Shown here piece after piece: positions 52,287-62,124 of a DNA stretch of 64,000 nucleotides. The position numbers and the translations under genes are program-made. A model generated the notes under the pieces. That model made no database searches and was not told the origin of the DNA. It worked only from the letters and a program-made list of their open reading frames with translations. Within the stretch, counting starts at the first letter, position 1. Every line of letters starts with the position of its first letter. Source of the DNA: Bacilli bacterium (lineage in GTDB: Bacteria > Bacillota_I > Bacilli_A > RF39 > UBA660); NCBI GenBank assembly GCA_028694645.1, contig JAQVKM010000004.1:79365-143364 (forward strand), read 5' to 3'.

Positions 52287-53516
52287 ATGAAACAAGGAAA
52301 TTATTTATCCAATAATTTTAGAAAAATATATGGTGTATTTCAGAAAAATTTATTCCTAAGAGATTTTAAAAATATTCTTTATTATGTTGATTTAATAATT
52401 CTGTTATTTATTGTTAAACCCAAAAAAATAAAATCACAAAAAAAGAAAATATTGGTTATTTATAATATGGCTTTTGGTGATGGCGTTATTTGGAGATGCA
52501 CATCTGTCCATTTAAACAAATTATACCCAAAGGAAAATTATGAGATAACTTTACTTTGTCAAAAAGGAATAAATAAATTGTATGAGAATGATGATACTTA
52601 CGATCATATTATTCCACTTGATTTTACGAAGGGAACTATTAGTTTGCCAGAGCGAATTAAAAACTTTAAAAAAATAAGAGAAGTATACTATGATTTAGTA
52701 ATTGACCCAATAGGAATAGTTGAGTGTACTACAAATGTTCTAATGACTAGAGCAGCTGTTGGAACAGAAAAAATTGGTTTAATTGATAAAGATGTTATTA
52801 TTCACTGTCCAAGACACATGACAAAAAAAATATATAATAAAATTATTGAAGTCAACGGCAAAGGAGTTTCTTTAATTGATTATTATGCAATATTTTTAAA
52901 GAAATTATCAAATGATAAATTAGATTTAAATGTTGGATATGAAAAAATAAAAACATATCCAACTAAAATAAAATTGCCAGAAAAATATTTTGTTGTATTT
53001 CCAAGTGCAAGTATGAAATTAAAAAGATGGGATATCTCCAAATACGTTGAATTATCTGGAAAAATACACGATAAAACAAAAATGCCAATTGTTTTAGTTG
53101 GTACAGTAGCTGATAAAGAAGCGATAGATCAATTCAAAAAGAATTTAAAAGTTCCCTTTGTTGATTTAGTTCAAAAAACAAATTTAAATGATTATATAAA
53201 TATAATTAAAAAGGCAGAGCTTGTTATAACTAATGACACTAGTGCTTATCATATCGCAGTAATTGAAGAAACCCCGGTTGCTATAATAACTGGTGGCTAT
53301 ACATATGATAGATATGTTGAATACAAATTTGAAAGAATGAATGAATTTAAAAAACCATGTATCATTGTAAATGAAATGAGCTGCTTCAATTGTGGAAATA
53401 GATGTCCTAATTTAAAAAAAGAGAACAGGAATTGGCCATGTTTAGAAAATATAACAGTTGATTTTGCTTGGAAAAAAATAGAAAAAATGATAAACGATGG
53501 AAAAATAGGAGAGTAA
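52287..53516 (+). CDS. glycosyltransferase family 9 (heptosyltransferase-like)
   Basis: C-terminal ITNDTSAYHIAV...ITGG matches the GT9 donor-binding motif. Confidence 0.6.
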   Translation: MKQGNYLSNNFRKIYGVFQKNLFLRDFKNILYYVDLIILLFIVKPKKIKSQKKKILVIYNMAFGDGVIWRCTSVHLNKLYPKENYEITLLCQKGINKLYENDDTYDHIIPLDFTKGTISLPERIKNFKKIREVYYDLVIDPIGIVECTTNVLMTRAAVGTEKIGLIDKDVIIHCPRHMTKKIYNKIIEVNGKGVSLIDYYAIFLKKLSNDKLDLNVGYEKIKTYPTKIKLPEKYFVVFPSASMKLKRWDISKYVELSGKIHDKTKMPIVLVGTVADKEAIDQFKKNLKVPFVDLVQKTNLNDYINIIKKAELVITNDTSAYHIAVIEETPVAIITGGYTYDRYVEYKFERMNEFKKPCIIVNEMSCFNCGNRCPNLKKENRNWPCLENITVDFAWKKIEKMINDGKIGE

Positions 53517-53517
53517 T

Positions 53518-54966
53518 ATGAATGTTGAAAAACTACGCGCAATAAATGATAAAAATATATTAGTTTTCGGTGATTATATGGTAGATAAGTATATTCTTGG
53601 AGATGTTAGCAGAATATCACCAGAAGCACCAGTTCCTGTTATACAAATGAGAGAAGAACAATGTAAAATTGGTGGAGCTGGCAATGTGATAAATAATATT
53701 ATTTCATTAGGTGCAAACGTAAAAGCTCTTGGTTGTGTTGGGGAAGATGAAGCCGGAAACTTCATAATTGATAATTTCAATAAAAATGATATTGATATTT
53801 TGCATTTTCGAAAAATGTCAAATATCAAGACTATATGTAAAACAAGAATTGTATCAAAAAAACAACAATTTTTAAGAATAGATGAGGAAAACATAAAGGA
53901 ATTACCATATGAATACTATGATTATTTAAATCAAAATATAGAAGATATTTTTAGTGAAATAAATCTTTTAATAATATCAGATTATGCTAAAGGAGCAGTT
54001 GTTGAAAAAACATCACAATTATTAATAAGAAAAGCCAAAGAAAAAAATATTCCTATAATTGTGGATCCTAAAGGCAATGACTACAGTAAATATTTTGGAG
54101 CAACAATTGTAACTCCGAATGTTAAAGAATTAAGTGACGTAGTTAAAAAAGAACTTTCAACAGAAGAGTCAATTATTATTGAAAGTGGTAAGTTATGTGA
54201 AAATTTTGGTTTTGACTATGTTATGTTGACGCGATCAGAAAAAGGTATAAGTTCAATTAATAAGGATTACGAGAAAAAAGATTTTCCTGCTGTTGCAAAG
54301 GAAATTATTGATGTTTCTGGAGCTGGAGATACAGTTGTTGCCACCATGGCATTAACAATGACATTGGGATTTTCAATTGAAGAAATGTGTAGAATTGCAA
54401 ATATAGCTGCATCAATCGTTGTATCAAAATTTGGAACTAGCACAGTGAATCTAAATGAATTAGTAAGCAATATATCAATTACAAGAGAGTTTAAATTATT
54501 AACTTCTGAAACAGCTGATTATATAATTGAATACTTAAGAGAAAATGGAAAAAAAATAGTTTTTACAAATGGGTGTTTTGATTTATTACATGCAGGTCAT
54601 TTATCCTCATTTAAAAAAGCCAAAGAATTTGGCGATGTTTTGATTGTTGCAGTCAATAGCGATTTATCTATAAAGAGAATAAAAGGAGAATTACGACCAA
54701 TAATAAAGGAAAAAGATCGTATTGAAATGCTTTGTGCATTAGAATGTATCGATTATGTGATTTTAATGGAAGATGATAATCCAATTGAATTATTAAAAAA
54801 ATTAAAACCAGATGTATCCGTTAAAGGAAAAGATTGGGAGAATAAAAATGTAGTTGAAAAACCAGTAATAGAAGAATATGGTGGAAAAATAGAATTTATA
54901 GATTTAGAATCAGGAATATCTACAACTACAATTATTGAAAGAATATTAAGAGCATATAATGAATAA
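53518..54966 (+). CDS. hldE: bifunctional D-beta-D-heptose 7-phosphate kinase / heptose 1-phosphate adenylyltransferase
   Basis: N-terminal pfkB-like kinase domain. C-terminal cytidylyltransferase-like FTNGCFDLLHAGH. 482 aa. Confidence 0.85.
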   Translation: MNVEKLRAINDKNILVFGDYMVDKYILGDVSRISPEAPVPVIQMREEQCKIGGAGNVINNIISLGANVKALGCVGEDEAGNFIIDNFNKNDIDILHFRKMSNIKTICKTRIVSKKQQFLRIDEENIKELPYEYYDYLNQNIEDIFSEINLLIISDYAKGAVVEKTSQLLIRKAKEKNIPIIVDPKGNDYSKYFGATIVTPNVKELSDVVKKELSTEESIIIESGKLCENFGFDYVMLTRSEKGISSINKDYEKKDFPAVAKEIIDVSGAGDTVVATMALTMTLGFSIEEMCRIANIAASIVVSKFGTSTVNLNELVSNISITREFKLLTSETADYIIEYLRENGKKIVFTNGCFDLLHAGHLSSFKKAKEFGDVLIVAVNSDLSIKRIKGELRPIIKEKDRIEMLCALECIDYVILMEDDNPIELLKKLKPDVSVKGKDWENKNVVEKPVIEEYGGKIEFIDLESGISTTTIIERILRAYNE

Positions 54967-55486
54967 AGTTATATTTTTAGATAGAGATGGAACTATTAAT
55001 TTTGATTCTGGTTATTTACATGAAATAGAAAAATTTAAGTTTTTACCGGGGGTTATTGATGGATTAAAATCTCTTCAAAATATGGGATTTAAGCTTATTA
55101 TTGTTACAAACCAATCTGGAATTGAAAGAGGATTTTTTAATGAATTTGACTATAAAATCTTAACTGATTATATGCTAAATGAATTAGAAAAAGAAGGAAT
55201 TAAAATAGAAAAGGTATATTATTGTCCTCATTTTTTTAGTAATTGTAATTGTCGAAAACCAAAATTAGAACTTTTTTATAAGGCAAAGGATGAATATGAT
55301 ATAGATTTTTCAAAGTCATATGCCATAGGAGATAAGAAAAGGGACTTGTCGATTTGCGAAAAAGAAAAAACAAAAGGAATACTTATTTCCTCTGAATTTG
55401 AGTCAATACAACTACAAGGGAATATAGCATTAGTCAAAAATTTTAAAGAAGCTGTTTTGCTTATACAAAAAAATGAAACAAATTAA
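54959..55486 (+). CDS. gmhB: D-glycero-D-manno-heptose 1,7-bisphosphate phosphatase
   Basis: HAD motif FLDRDGTIN. 175 aa. Confidence 0.8.
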   Translation: MNKVIFLDRDGTINFDSGYLHEIEKFKFLPGVIDGLKSLQNMGFKLIIVTNQSGIERGFFNEFDYKILTDYMLNELEKEGIKIEKVYYCPHFFSNCNCRKPKLELFYKAKDEYDIDFSKSYAIGDKKRDLSICEKEKTKGILISSEFESIQLQGNIALVKNFKEAVLLIQKNETN

Positions 55487-55504
55487 ATAATAATAAAAGT
55501 TAAG

Positions 55505-55545
55505 ACCACATGGTAATATAAATATTTACAAATGTGGTTTTTATT
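55505..55545 (+). terminator. terminator hairpin after gmhB
   Basis: CCACATGGTAA..TTACAAATGTGG stem followed by a T-run. Confidence 0.5.
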
Positions 55546-55579
55546 TATTTTTTATTGTATAATATGCATAGGTGGTAAT

Positions 55580-57496
55580 GTGAAAAAGAAATATAAATTT
55601 TTATTATTTGCTATTTTATTAATAGTGTTGAAACAAATTTTAATTAATAATTTGCCTATTTATGCAATTGGCAATAGTTCATGTGATGATCAATTAATGA
55701 TTATGATGGAGGCAAATTTATTAAAATTAAACTGGTTAGGAGATTTTAATAGTTTAACTTTAGTTAAAGGAATTTTTTTTCCATTTTTTCTTGCCGTTAA
55801 TGCCTTTTTGGGTATATCATATATAAATGGAATTACACTTTTTTACTCAATTGCATGTCTGATTTTTGTATATAGTATTAGAAAAATATTTCATAAAGAA
55901 TGGCCTATTTATTTAATATTTTTATTATTGCTATTTAATCCAATTATGTTTTCATTGGAAACAGCACAAAGGGTTTATAGGAATTCATTAACTCCGGGTC
56001 AAGTTTTATTAATTATGGCATCTATATTTGCTATGTTTATTAATAGAAAAAATAACAAGAATATATTATGGTGGTCTATATTTGGAGGAATATCATTAGC
56101 GACATTTTGGAATACTAGAGAAGATGCTATATGGATATTACCTTTTATTTTAGTTTTTACTATGATAATGATAGTAGAACATATTGTTACAAATAAAAAT
56201 AAATTTCAATTAAAAAAAATAATAATATTTATATTACCATTAATAATTCTTCAAACATTTAATATTGGTATTTCAACTATTAATTATATGAAATATGGTG
56301 TTTTTACGAGAGTTGATTTGAGTAATACTAATTTTAGTGAAGCTATTGAGGCGATATATTCTGTTCCAACTTATGATAATATAGAATATACTTCTGTTAC
56401 TAAAGAAAAACTTGAAAGACTATATGATATTAGTCCATCACTTAATAGCATTTCAGAAGAATTAAATGCTATTTCCATTTCAATGGATCAAAATGGTAGA
56501 ATTCCGAGTGATGAGCAAATAGAAGATGGATGGTTTTGGTGGGCACTAAGATTTGCAGCTGAAGCAAAAGGCTATTATGAGAATGCTATTAAAGCGGAGA
56601 ATTTTTTTGGAGATATAGTTAATGAAATAGAAACTGCACAAAAAAATGGTTTGATTGAAAAGCAGTCTACTATGCCATCAGCATTGATGAGCCCTTGGCG
56701 AGAAGGTTATTTAAAAAAATTATTTAATACTAGTCTTGAAATAATAAAATATACAAACAATTATACTGATGTTAATGCAATTGCTATGGAAAGTGTTGGT
56801 AGTTATAATTCAATTAAATTTTTCGAAATAGCTACCAATGATACAGCAATATATCCAGCTCAACTTTCAAATATTGAAGGATGGTATAGATATAATTATG
56901 AAGATTATTATATAATAGCAAATGTTAATAATGAAGCTTTAAAAAGAATAAATTGTAAAAAACAAGAAAATTGTGAAATAAATATAGATTTTAATATTAG
57001 CCAAAGTGATGAAACAATTAGTTTGAAAATATTTAATATAAATGATAGTTTGATTAAACAAATAAATATAGTTGACGATATAACATCTGAAATTGGAGAT
57101 AATTATTCTTATAATATTAATTTATCAAAAATTACTGATCCAAACATGCTTCAAAAAGAATTTTTGAATGTTTATGTTGGACGACTAAATATAATAGGAC
57201 TTCTTTATAAAAAAACAGGAATAATTTGTGGGATAATAGGACTTGTTTCATATATTGGAGTTACCATTATTGCTTTATTTAAAAATAAAAAAATTATAGA
57301 TAAATGGTTAATTTTGAGTAGTATTTTGGCTACATATTTGGTATTATGTATAGGAGTTTCATATAATCATATTTCATCTTGCCATTCCATTAGCTCTATG
57401 TATTTATCTGCTGCCTATTCATTAATAATAATTTTTTGGTCAATGTCTATATTTGTTTTGATTGATTATATAAAAGAAAAAAAATTAAATAATTAA
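55580..57496 (+). CDS. large polytopic membrane protein (possible GT-C-type glycosyltransferase)
   Basis: AGGTGG RBS then GTG. N-terminal ~10 TM helices, a soluble middle and a C-terminal TM pair. Confidence 0.45.
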   Translation: MKKKYKFLLFAILLIVLKQILINNLPIYAIGNSSCDDQLMIMMEANLLKLNWLGDFNSLTLVKGIFFPFFLAVNAFLGISYINGITLFYSIACLIFVYSIRKIFHKEWPIYLIFLLLLFNPIMFSLETAQRVYRNSLTPGQVLLIMASIFAMFINRKNNKNILWWSIFGGISLATFWNTREDAIWILPFILVFTMIMIVEHIVTNKNKFQLKKIIIFILPLIILQTFNIGISTINYMKYGVFTRVDLSNTNFSEAIEAIYSVPTYDNIEYTSVTKEKLERLYDISPSLNSISEELNAISISMDQNGRIPSDEQIEDGWFWWALRFAAEAKGYYENAIKAENFFGDIVNEIETAQKNGLIEKQSTMPSALMSPWREGYLKKLFNTSLEIIKYTNNYTDVNAIAMESVGSYNSIKFFEIATNDTAIYPAQLSNIEGWYRYNYEDYYIIANVNNEALKRINCKKQENCEINIDFNISQSDETISLKIFNINDSLIKQINIVDDITSEIGDNYSYNINLSKITDPNMLQKEFLNVYVGRLNIIGLLYKKTGIICGIIGLVSYIGVTIIALFKNKKIIDKWLILSSILATYLVLCIGVSYNHISSCHSISSMYLSAAYSLIIIFWSMSIFVLIDYIKEKKLNN

Positions 57497-57556
57497 TTAT
57501 TTACAAATGTGGTTTTTATTTTATATTTAATATATAATAATATTAGGTGATAAAAT

Positions 57557-58360
57557 ATGAAAAAATTTAGTATAATATTGCTAATAATAATTTTATTATT
57601 TATTACCACAACAAATATTAATGCAAAAAGTTTTATAACATTGCCAAATCAAATAAATTTGGTAGGTAAGAAAATATATCAAGAACAAAACAGATTTATT
57701 AAAATGAAAGAAAAAAACAATTTTTATTTTGAAAACAAAAATTTTTATAATTCAATTACGGGATTGCTAACTACAAATGGAAAAAAAATAATAGATATTT
57801 CCTCACATCAAAAAGATATAAATTGGGATATAACAAGAAGATTTGTTGATGGAGTTATATTAAGAATTGGATATGGCAGTAAAAATATTGATAAAAATTT
57901 TGAACAAAATATAATTGAAATAAAAAAATATAATATTCCTTATGGAATATATTTATATAGTTATGCTGAAAATAGATGGGATACTTTAGAAGAAAATAAA
58001 TTTATATTAAAAATTATAAATGATTATAATTTAAATCCTAAACTAGGAATATACTATGATATAGAAGAGTTTTATATGAACAATCAAAAAATTAAAATAA
58101 GTTCAGAAACTTATGATAAAATAATAGATGAATTTATAAGTTTCTTTCATAATAAAAGATACTTTAATATAGGAATATATACTAATAATAGATTTTATAA
58201 ATATAATATAAATAGAGAATCAAAAAAATATGTAAGATGGATAGCTCAGTACAATTGTTATTTTAATTGGCAAAATAATTTTAAAATTTGGCAGTTTACA
58301 GATAAAGGAGCCATTCCTGGAATAAGTACTAATGTAGATATAAATGTAATGTTTAATTAA
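57557..58360 (+). CDS. GH25-family muramidase (lysozyme), secreted
   Basis: Signal peptide. DISSHQKDINW and GVILRIGYGS match GH25 motifs. Confidence 0.7.
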   Translation: MKKFSIILLIIILLFITTTNINAKSFITLPNQINLVGKKIYQEQNRFIKMKEKNNFYFENKNFYNSITGLLTTNGKKIIDISSHQKDINWDITRRFVDGVILRIGYGSKNIDKNFEQNIIEIKKYNIPYGIYLYSYAENRWDTLEENKFILKIINDYNLNPKLGIYYDIEEFYMNNQKIKISSETYDKIIDEFISFFHNKRYFNIGIYTNNRFYKYNINRESKKYVRWIAQYNCYFNWQNNFKIWQFTDKGAIPGISTNVDINVMFN

Positions 58361-58416
58361 AATGCTTTATTTAAAGTATTTTTTTTAGTATAATGTAATT
58401 ATCAAGGAGTGGTTTT

Positions 58417-59343
58417 ATGGATAAAATAGCAGTACTAATACCATGCTATAATGAATCAAAAACGATAGAAAAAGTAGTAAAAGATTATAAAGAAGTATTG
58501 CCTGAGGCAACAATATATGTATATGATAATAATTCAAAAGATAAAACTGATGAAATAGCTTTATCTGCAGGAGCTGTTGTTCGTTATGAATATAAACAAG
58601 GTAAAGGAAATGTTATTCGAAGTATGTTTCGAAAAATAGATGCTGAGTGTTATATTATGATTGATGGAGATGATACATATCCAGCAGAAAATGCTAGAGA
58701 AATGGTAGATTTAATTTTAAGTGGTAAAGCTGATATGGTAATAGGCGATAGATTATCATCAACATATTTTACTGAAAATAAAAGACCATTTCATAACTTT
58801 GGAAATAAAATTGTAAGACTTTTAATTAATAAATTATTTAATAATAACGTTAAAGATATTATGACAGGATATAGAGCTTTTAGCTACGAATTTGTTAAGA
58901 GTTTTCCTATATTATCAAAAGGATTTGAAATTGAAACAGAAATGACTATTCATGCAGTTGATAAAAATTTTAAATTAGTTGAAATACCAGTTACGTATAG
59001 AGATCGCCCAGTTGGAAGCGTATCAAAATTAAACACTTATAAAGATGGTATGAAAGTTTTAAAAACAATTTTTAATTTGTTTAAAGAATATAAACCAGCT
59101 TCCTTTTTTAATATTGTTTCATTGATAATATTATTATTTTCATTGGCTCTTGGAATGCCCGTTATTATAGAATATTTAAAAACAGGATTAGTTCCAAGAT
59201 TTCCGTCATTAATTGTTTCTTGTATTTTGCTAGTTTTAACATTTATTTTATTTGCAACAGGAACAATATTGCAAGTTATTGTAAAAAAACATAAACAATT
59301 ATATGAATTATTTTTAAACAATTTATATAATAAAGAGAAATAA
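58417..59343 (+). CDS. polyprenol-phosphate glycosyltransferase (GtrB/CsbB-like GT2) with C-terminal TM helices
   Basis: IAVLIPCYNESKTI...YVYDNNSKDKT. Two C-terminal TM segments. Confidence 0.75.
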   Translation: MDKIAVLIPCYNESKTIEKVVKDYKEVLPEATIYVYDNNSKDKTDEIALSAGAVVRYEYKQGKGNVIRSMFRKIDAECYIMIDGDDTYPAENAREMVDLILSGKADMVIGDRLSSTYFTENKRPFHNFGNKIVRLLINKLFNNNVKDIMTGYRAFSYEFVKSFPILSKGFEIETEMTIHAVDKNFKLVEIPVTYRDRPVGSVSKLNTYKDGMKVLKTIFNLFKEYKPASFFNIVSLIILLFSLALGMPVIIEYLKTGLVPRFPSLIVSCILLVLTFILFATGTILQVIVKKHKQLYELFLNNLYNKEK

Positions 59344-59344
59344 A

Positions 59345-59752
59345 ATGAAAAATAAAATCAGAAATTTAAAAAATCAAAAATTATTAAAACAAATATTCAA
59401 ATTTGGAATAGTTGGTGGATTAGCTTTTATAATAGACTATGCTTTATTATTTATATTAACAAAAATAATAAAAATGTATTATTTAGATGCATCAATTATT
59501 TCATTTGTTGTTTCATTAATATTCAATTATATAGCTAGTATTAAGTTTGTTTTTGATGTTAAGAAAAAACAAACAATAAAAGAAATATTTATTTTTGTTT
59601 TATTAAGTGTAATTGGACTTGGAATAAATCAAGTAATATTATATATAACTGTTGATTTAATATTAATAGATGTTATGATTGGTAAAATATTTGCAACAGC
59701 AATAGTAATGATATGGAATTTTATAACAAGAAAAATATTTATTGAAAAATAG
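59345..59752 (+). CDS. GtrA-family membrane protein
   Basis: 135 aa with 4 TM. KFGIVGGLAFIIDYALLFIL. Confidence 0.7.
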   Translation: MKNKIRNLKNQKLLKQIFKFGIVGGLAFIIDYALLFILTKIIKMYYLDASIISFVVSLIFNYIASIKFVFDVKKKQTIKEIFIFVLLSVIGLGINQVILYITVDLILIDVMIGKIFATAIVMIWNFITRKIFIEK

Positions 59753-59897
59753 TTATCGCTTGATAACTTTTTGTTTGATTAAAAATTATCATTAAAAGTG
59801 TAAAAAAAAGTAAACAAATACATTGTAATGTTTGATAATTAAAACAAAAAGTGTTATACTAAAAATGTATAAGTATTAATGTAAGGTGGTGAAGGTA

Positions 59898-60089
59898 ATG
59901 AAAGAAGCTGCTGGAGAAGCAAATATGACTGTAGTAACTATCATCTTAATAGGGATTATAGTTGCAGTTGTAACACCAATAATCAACAGTATGATGACAA
60001 GCACAGAAAAAAAAGCTTGTTGTATGAACAATGGTGGAACTTGGGAAAATGGTGGATGTGTTGGAGCAAGTTCTGAATGTGAAGAATAA
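59898..60089 (+). CDS. small membrane-anchored Cys-rich peptide (pilin-like?)
   Basis: AGGTGG RBS. 63 aa. Short charged N-term, one TM helix, then C-terminal KKACCMNNGGTWENGGCVGASSECEE. Confidence 0.45.
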   Translation: MKEAAGEANMTVVTIILIGIIVAVVTPIINSMMTSTEKKACCMNNGGTWENGGCVGASSECEE

Positions 60090-60106
60090 TTAAGAGGTGT
60101 TAGATT

Positions 60107-60559
60107 ATGAGACAAGCTATTGGAAGTGTACCAATGTACAATATAATAATGGTTTTTATAGTAATAACTTTCGGTTTCTTGTCTGCAACCTTAAGTTATA
60201 TGAAAGCTTTTAAAGTGAATGGTAGAATTGCAAAAGCATTAGAAAATTATGAAGGCTATAATATTCTTTCAAATAACGAAATAACTGAAACTTTATCTAA
60301 TATAGGATATAAAATAGGAGATGCAAGTAGTTATTCTTGTCCAACAAGAGATAACAAAGCAGCCGTTCAAGCTATAACAGGTAAAAATCATGTTTATTGT
60401 TTGTATGAATTAGATTATTATCAAAATGGAACAACAAAAACAAGATATTTTAATTATGGTATTGTAAGCTATATTTTTATAGATCTTCCTATAATTGGTG
60501 AAACAATAAAAGTTCCAGTTTATTCAGAAACAGAAAAAATATTTAGATTTTCTGCTTAA
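60107..60559 (+). CDS. N-terminally anchored secreted protein, TadE/pseudopilin-like (paralog 1)
   Basis: 150 aa with N-terminal TM helix. Conserved CP.R.N...YC.Y pair shared with the next ORF. Confidence 0.5.
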   Translation: MRQAIGSVPMYNIIMVFIVITFGFLSATLSYMKAFKVNGRIAKALENYEGYNILSNNEITETLSNIGYKIGDASSYSCPTRDNKAAVQAITGKNHVYCLYELDYYQNGTTKTRYFNYGIVSYIFIDLPIIGETIKVPVYSETEKIFRFSA

Positions 60560-60574
60560 TTAGGAGTTGATTAA

Positions 60575-61033
60575 ATGAAAGAATCTATAGGAAATGCCTT
60601 TATAATGGGAATAGTTATAACATTTATAATTATTTTCATGATTTTTTTTGCAAGTTCATTAGCATACACTAAGGCTTTTAAAGCAAAAAACAAAATAGTT
60701 GAAATAATCGAAAAATATGATGATATTTTAAGTCAAAGTGCATCAGAAAATTCTGTTTTAATTAATGCAGTTGAAGCAGAAATAAATGAGACTTTGTCTG
60801 GTATGGGATATCGTATTAGCCCTACTTCTAATAATTGTCCATCTAGAAATAATGTTTCAGCTGTTAGAAAACAAGAAACAGCAAATTATGAATATTGTGT
60901 ATACAAATATACAACAACTAAAGGAAATTATTATGGAGTAACAGCTTATATGTATTTTGAAATTCCTATAATAGGGGTTGGACTTAGATTTCCAGTTTAC
61001 GGAGAAACTAAGATAAGTGGAATTTTAGGTTAG
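60575..61033 (+). CDS. N-terminally anchored secreted protein, TadE/pseudopilin-like (paralog 2)
   Basis: 152 aa. Same architecture and Cys pair as the previous ORF. Confidence 0.5.
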   Translation: MKESIGNAFIMGIVITFIIIFMIFFASSLAYTKAFKAKNKIVEIIEKYDDILSQSASENSVLINAVEAEINETLSGMGYRISPTSNNCPSRNNVSAVRKQETANYEYCVYKYTTTKGNYYGVTAYMYFEIPIIGVGLRFPVYGETKISGILG

Positions 61034-61043
61034 GAGGAATTAG

Positions 61044-62048
61044 ATGAACGTAATTATTGCTAACAAATATCAATCGATGCTAGAAACATTAGAAATTGAT
61101 GTTATAAAAAAACTAGAAGGTGAATTTGAAGTTGAAGATATAATAAATCAATTTCAAAATTTTTTCTTTCAAAGAATGATTTTGGATATCACAGCTATTA
61201 AAGATTATCGTGATATTAAAACCTTACAAAAATTATCTATTTCATTAGATATGGATAAAGTTATATTATTATTAGACGATTCATCTGAGGGAACTTCTAA
61301 TGATTATTTATCAAAATTGATTTCAATGGGAATATATAATTTTACTAAGAACATAGAAGGAATAATGTATTTATATAATAATCCTAATTCATATCGTGAT
61401 GTTGCACATATACAACAATTAGATATGACATCAGGAGAAGAAGTTATTATAGAAAAATATGAACAAGCAGTAGTTGGAACTAGAATTATTGGTATTAAAA
61501 ATGTTACTAAACAGTCTGGTGCAACAACATTATCTTATATGATAAAAAATCAGTTAAAACAAAATTATTCAGTAGTGGCTATAGAAGTAAATAAAAGTGA
61601 CTTTAGATATTTTGGTGATAAATCACTTATATCTACAACTAATTTTGAAATAGGAAATCAAATTTCAAAATATAGTGATAATGATGTTATTATTGTAGAT
61701 ATAAATGATTCAAAACAAGCAGAAGATTTATGTCATGATGTTATTTATTTAGTAGAACCATCTATCATTAAATTAAATAAATTGATGCTAGTTAATAGTG
61801 GAGCATTTAAAGATTTAGCTAAAAGAGATGCAAAAGTAGTTTTAAATCAAAGCTTATTAAATTCAAAAGATGTTTTAGATTTTGAATATGAGTCTGGAGC
61901 TAAAGTATTTTATAATATGCCACCACTTGATGAAAGAGAAAAAAGTATATTCGCTTTAAATTCGTTTTTAGTTAGATTAGGATTTAATAAGCAAAAAGAA
62001 GAACAACAAGAAAAAAAGAAATCGCTTTTAAGCTTATTTAGCAAATAA
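61044..62048 (+). CDS. TadZ/CpaE-like protein: receiver-like N-domain plus degenerate ParA/MinD-like ATPase domain
   Basis: IGIKNVTKQSGATTLS is a degenerate deviant Walker A. The N-terminal ~120 aa have a REC-like pattern. Confidence 0.4.
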   Translation: MNVIIANKYQSMLETLEIDVIKKLEGEFEVEDIINQFQNFFFQRMILDITAIKDYRDIKTLQKLSISLDMDKVILLLDDSSEGTSNDYLSKLISMGIYNFTKNIEGIMYLYNNPNSYRDVAHIQQLDMTSGEEVIIEKYEQAVVGTRIIGIKNVTKQSGATTLSYMIKNQLKQNYSVVAIEVNKSDFRYFGDKSLISTTNFEIGNQISKYSDNDVIIVDINDSKQAEDLCHDVIYLVEPSIIKLNKLMLVNSGAFKDLAKRDAKVVLNQSLLNSKDVLDFEYESGAKVFYNMPPLDEREKSIFALNSFLVRLGFNKQKEEQQEKKKSLLSLFSK

Positions 62049-62124
62049 AAGTTGACTTTTTTTATTAAATAAAGTATTATATGATTGTAATGTTTAATTG
62101 TTTTAAACAAAGAGGAGGTTTATT

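Noticed and set aside
53297-53894. Minus-strand ORFs of 81 and 106 aa
   Set aside because: They are antisense to the GT9 and hldE coding sequences.
59898-60089. Bacteriocin precursor interpretation of the 63-aa Cys-rich peptide
   Set aside because: There is no double-glycine or lanthipeptide-type leader and no adjacent modification or export genes. A central TM helix and neighbouring pseudopilin-like genes favour a membrane-anchored structural role, but this remains uncertain.
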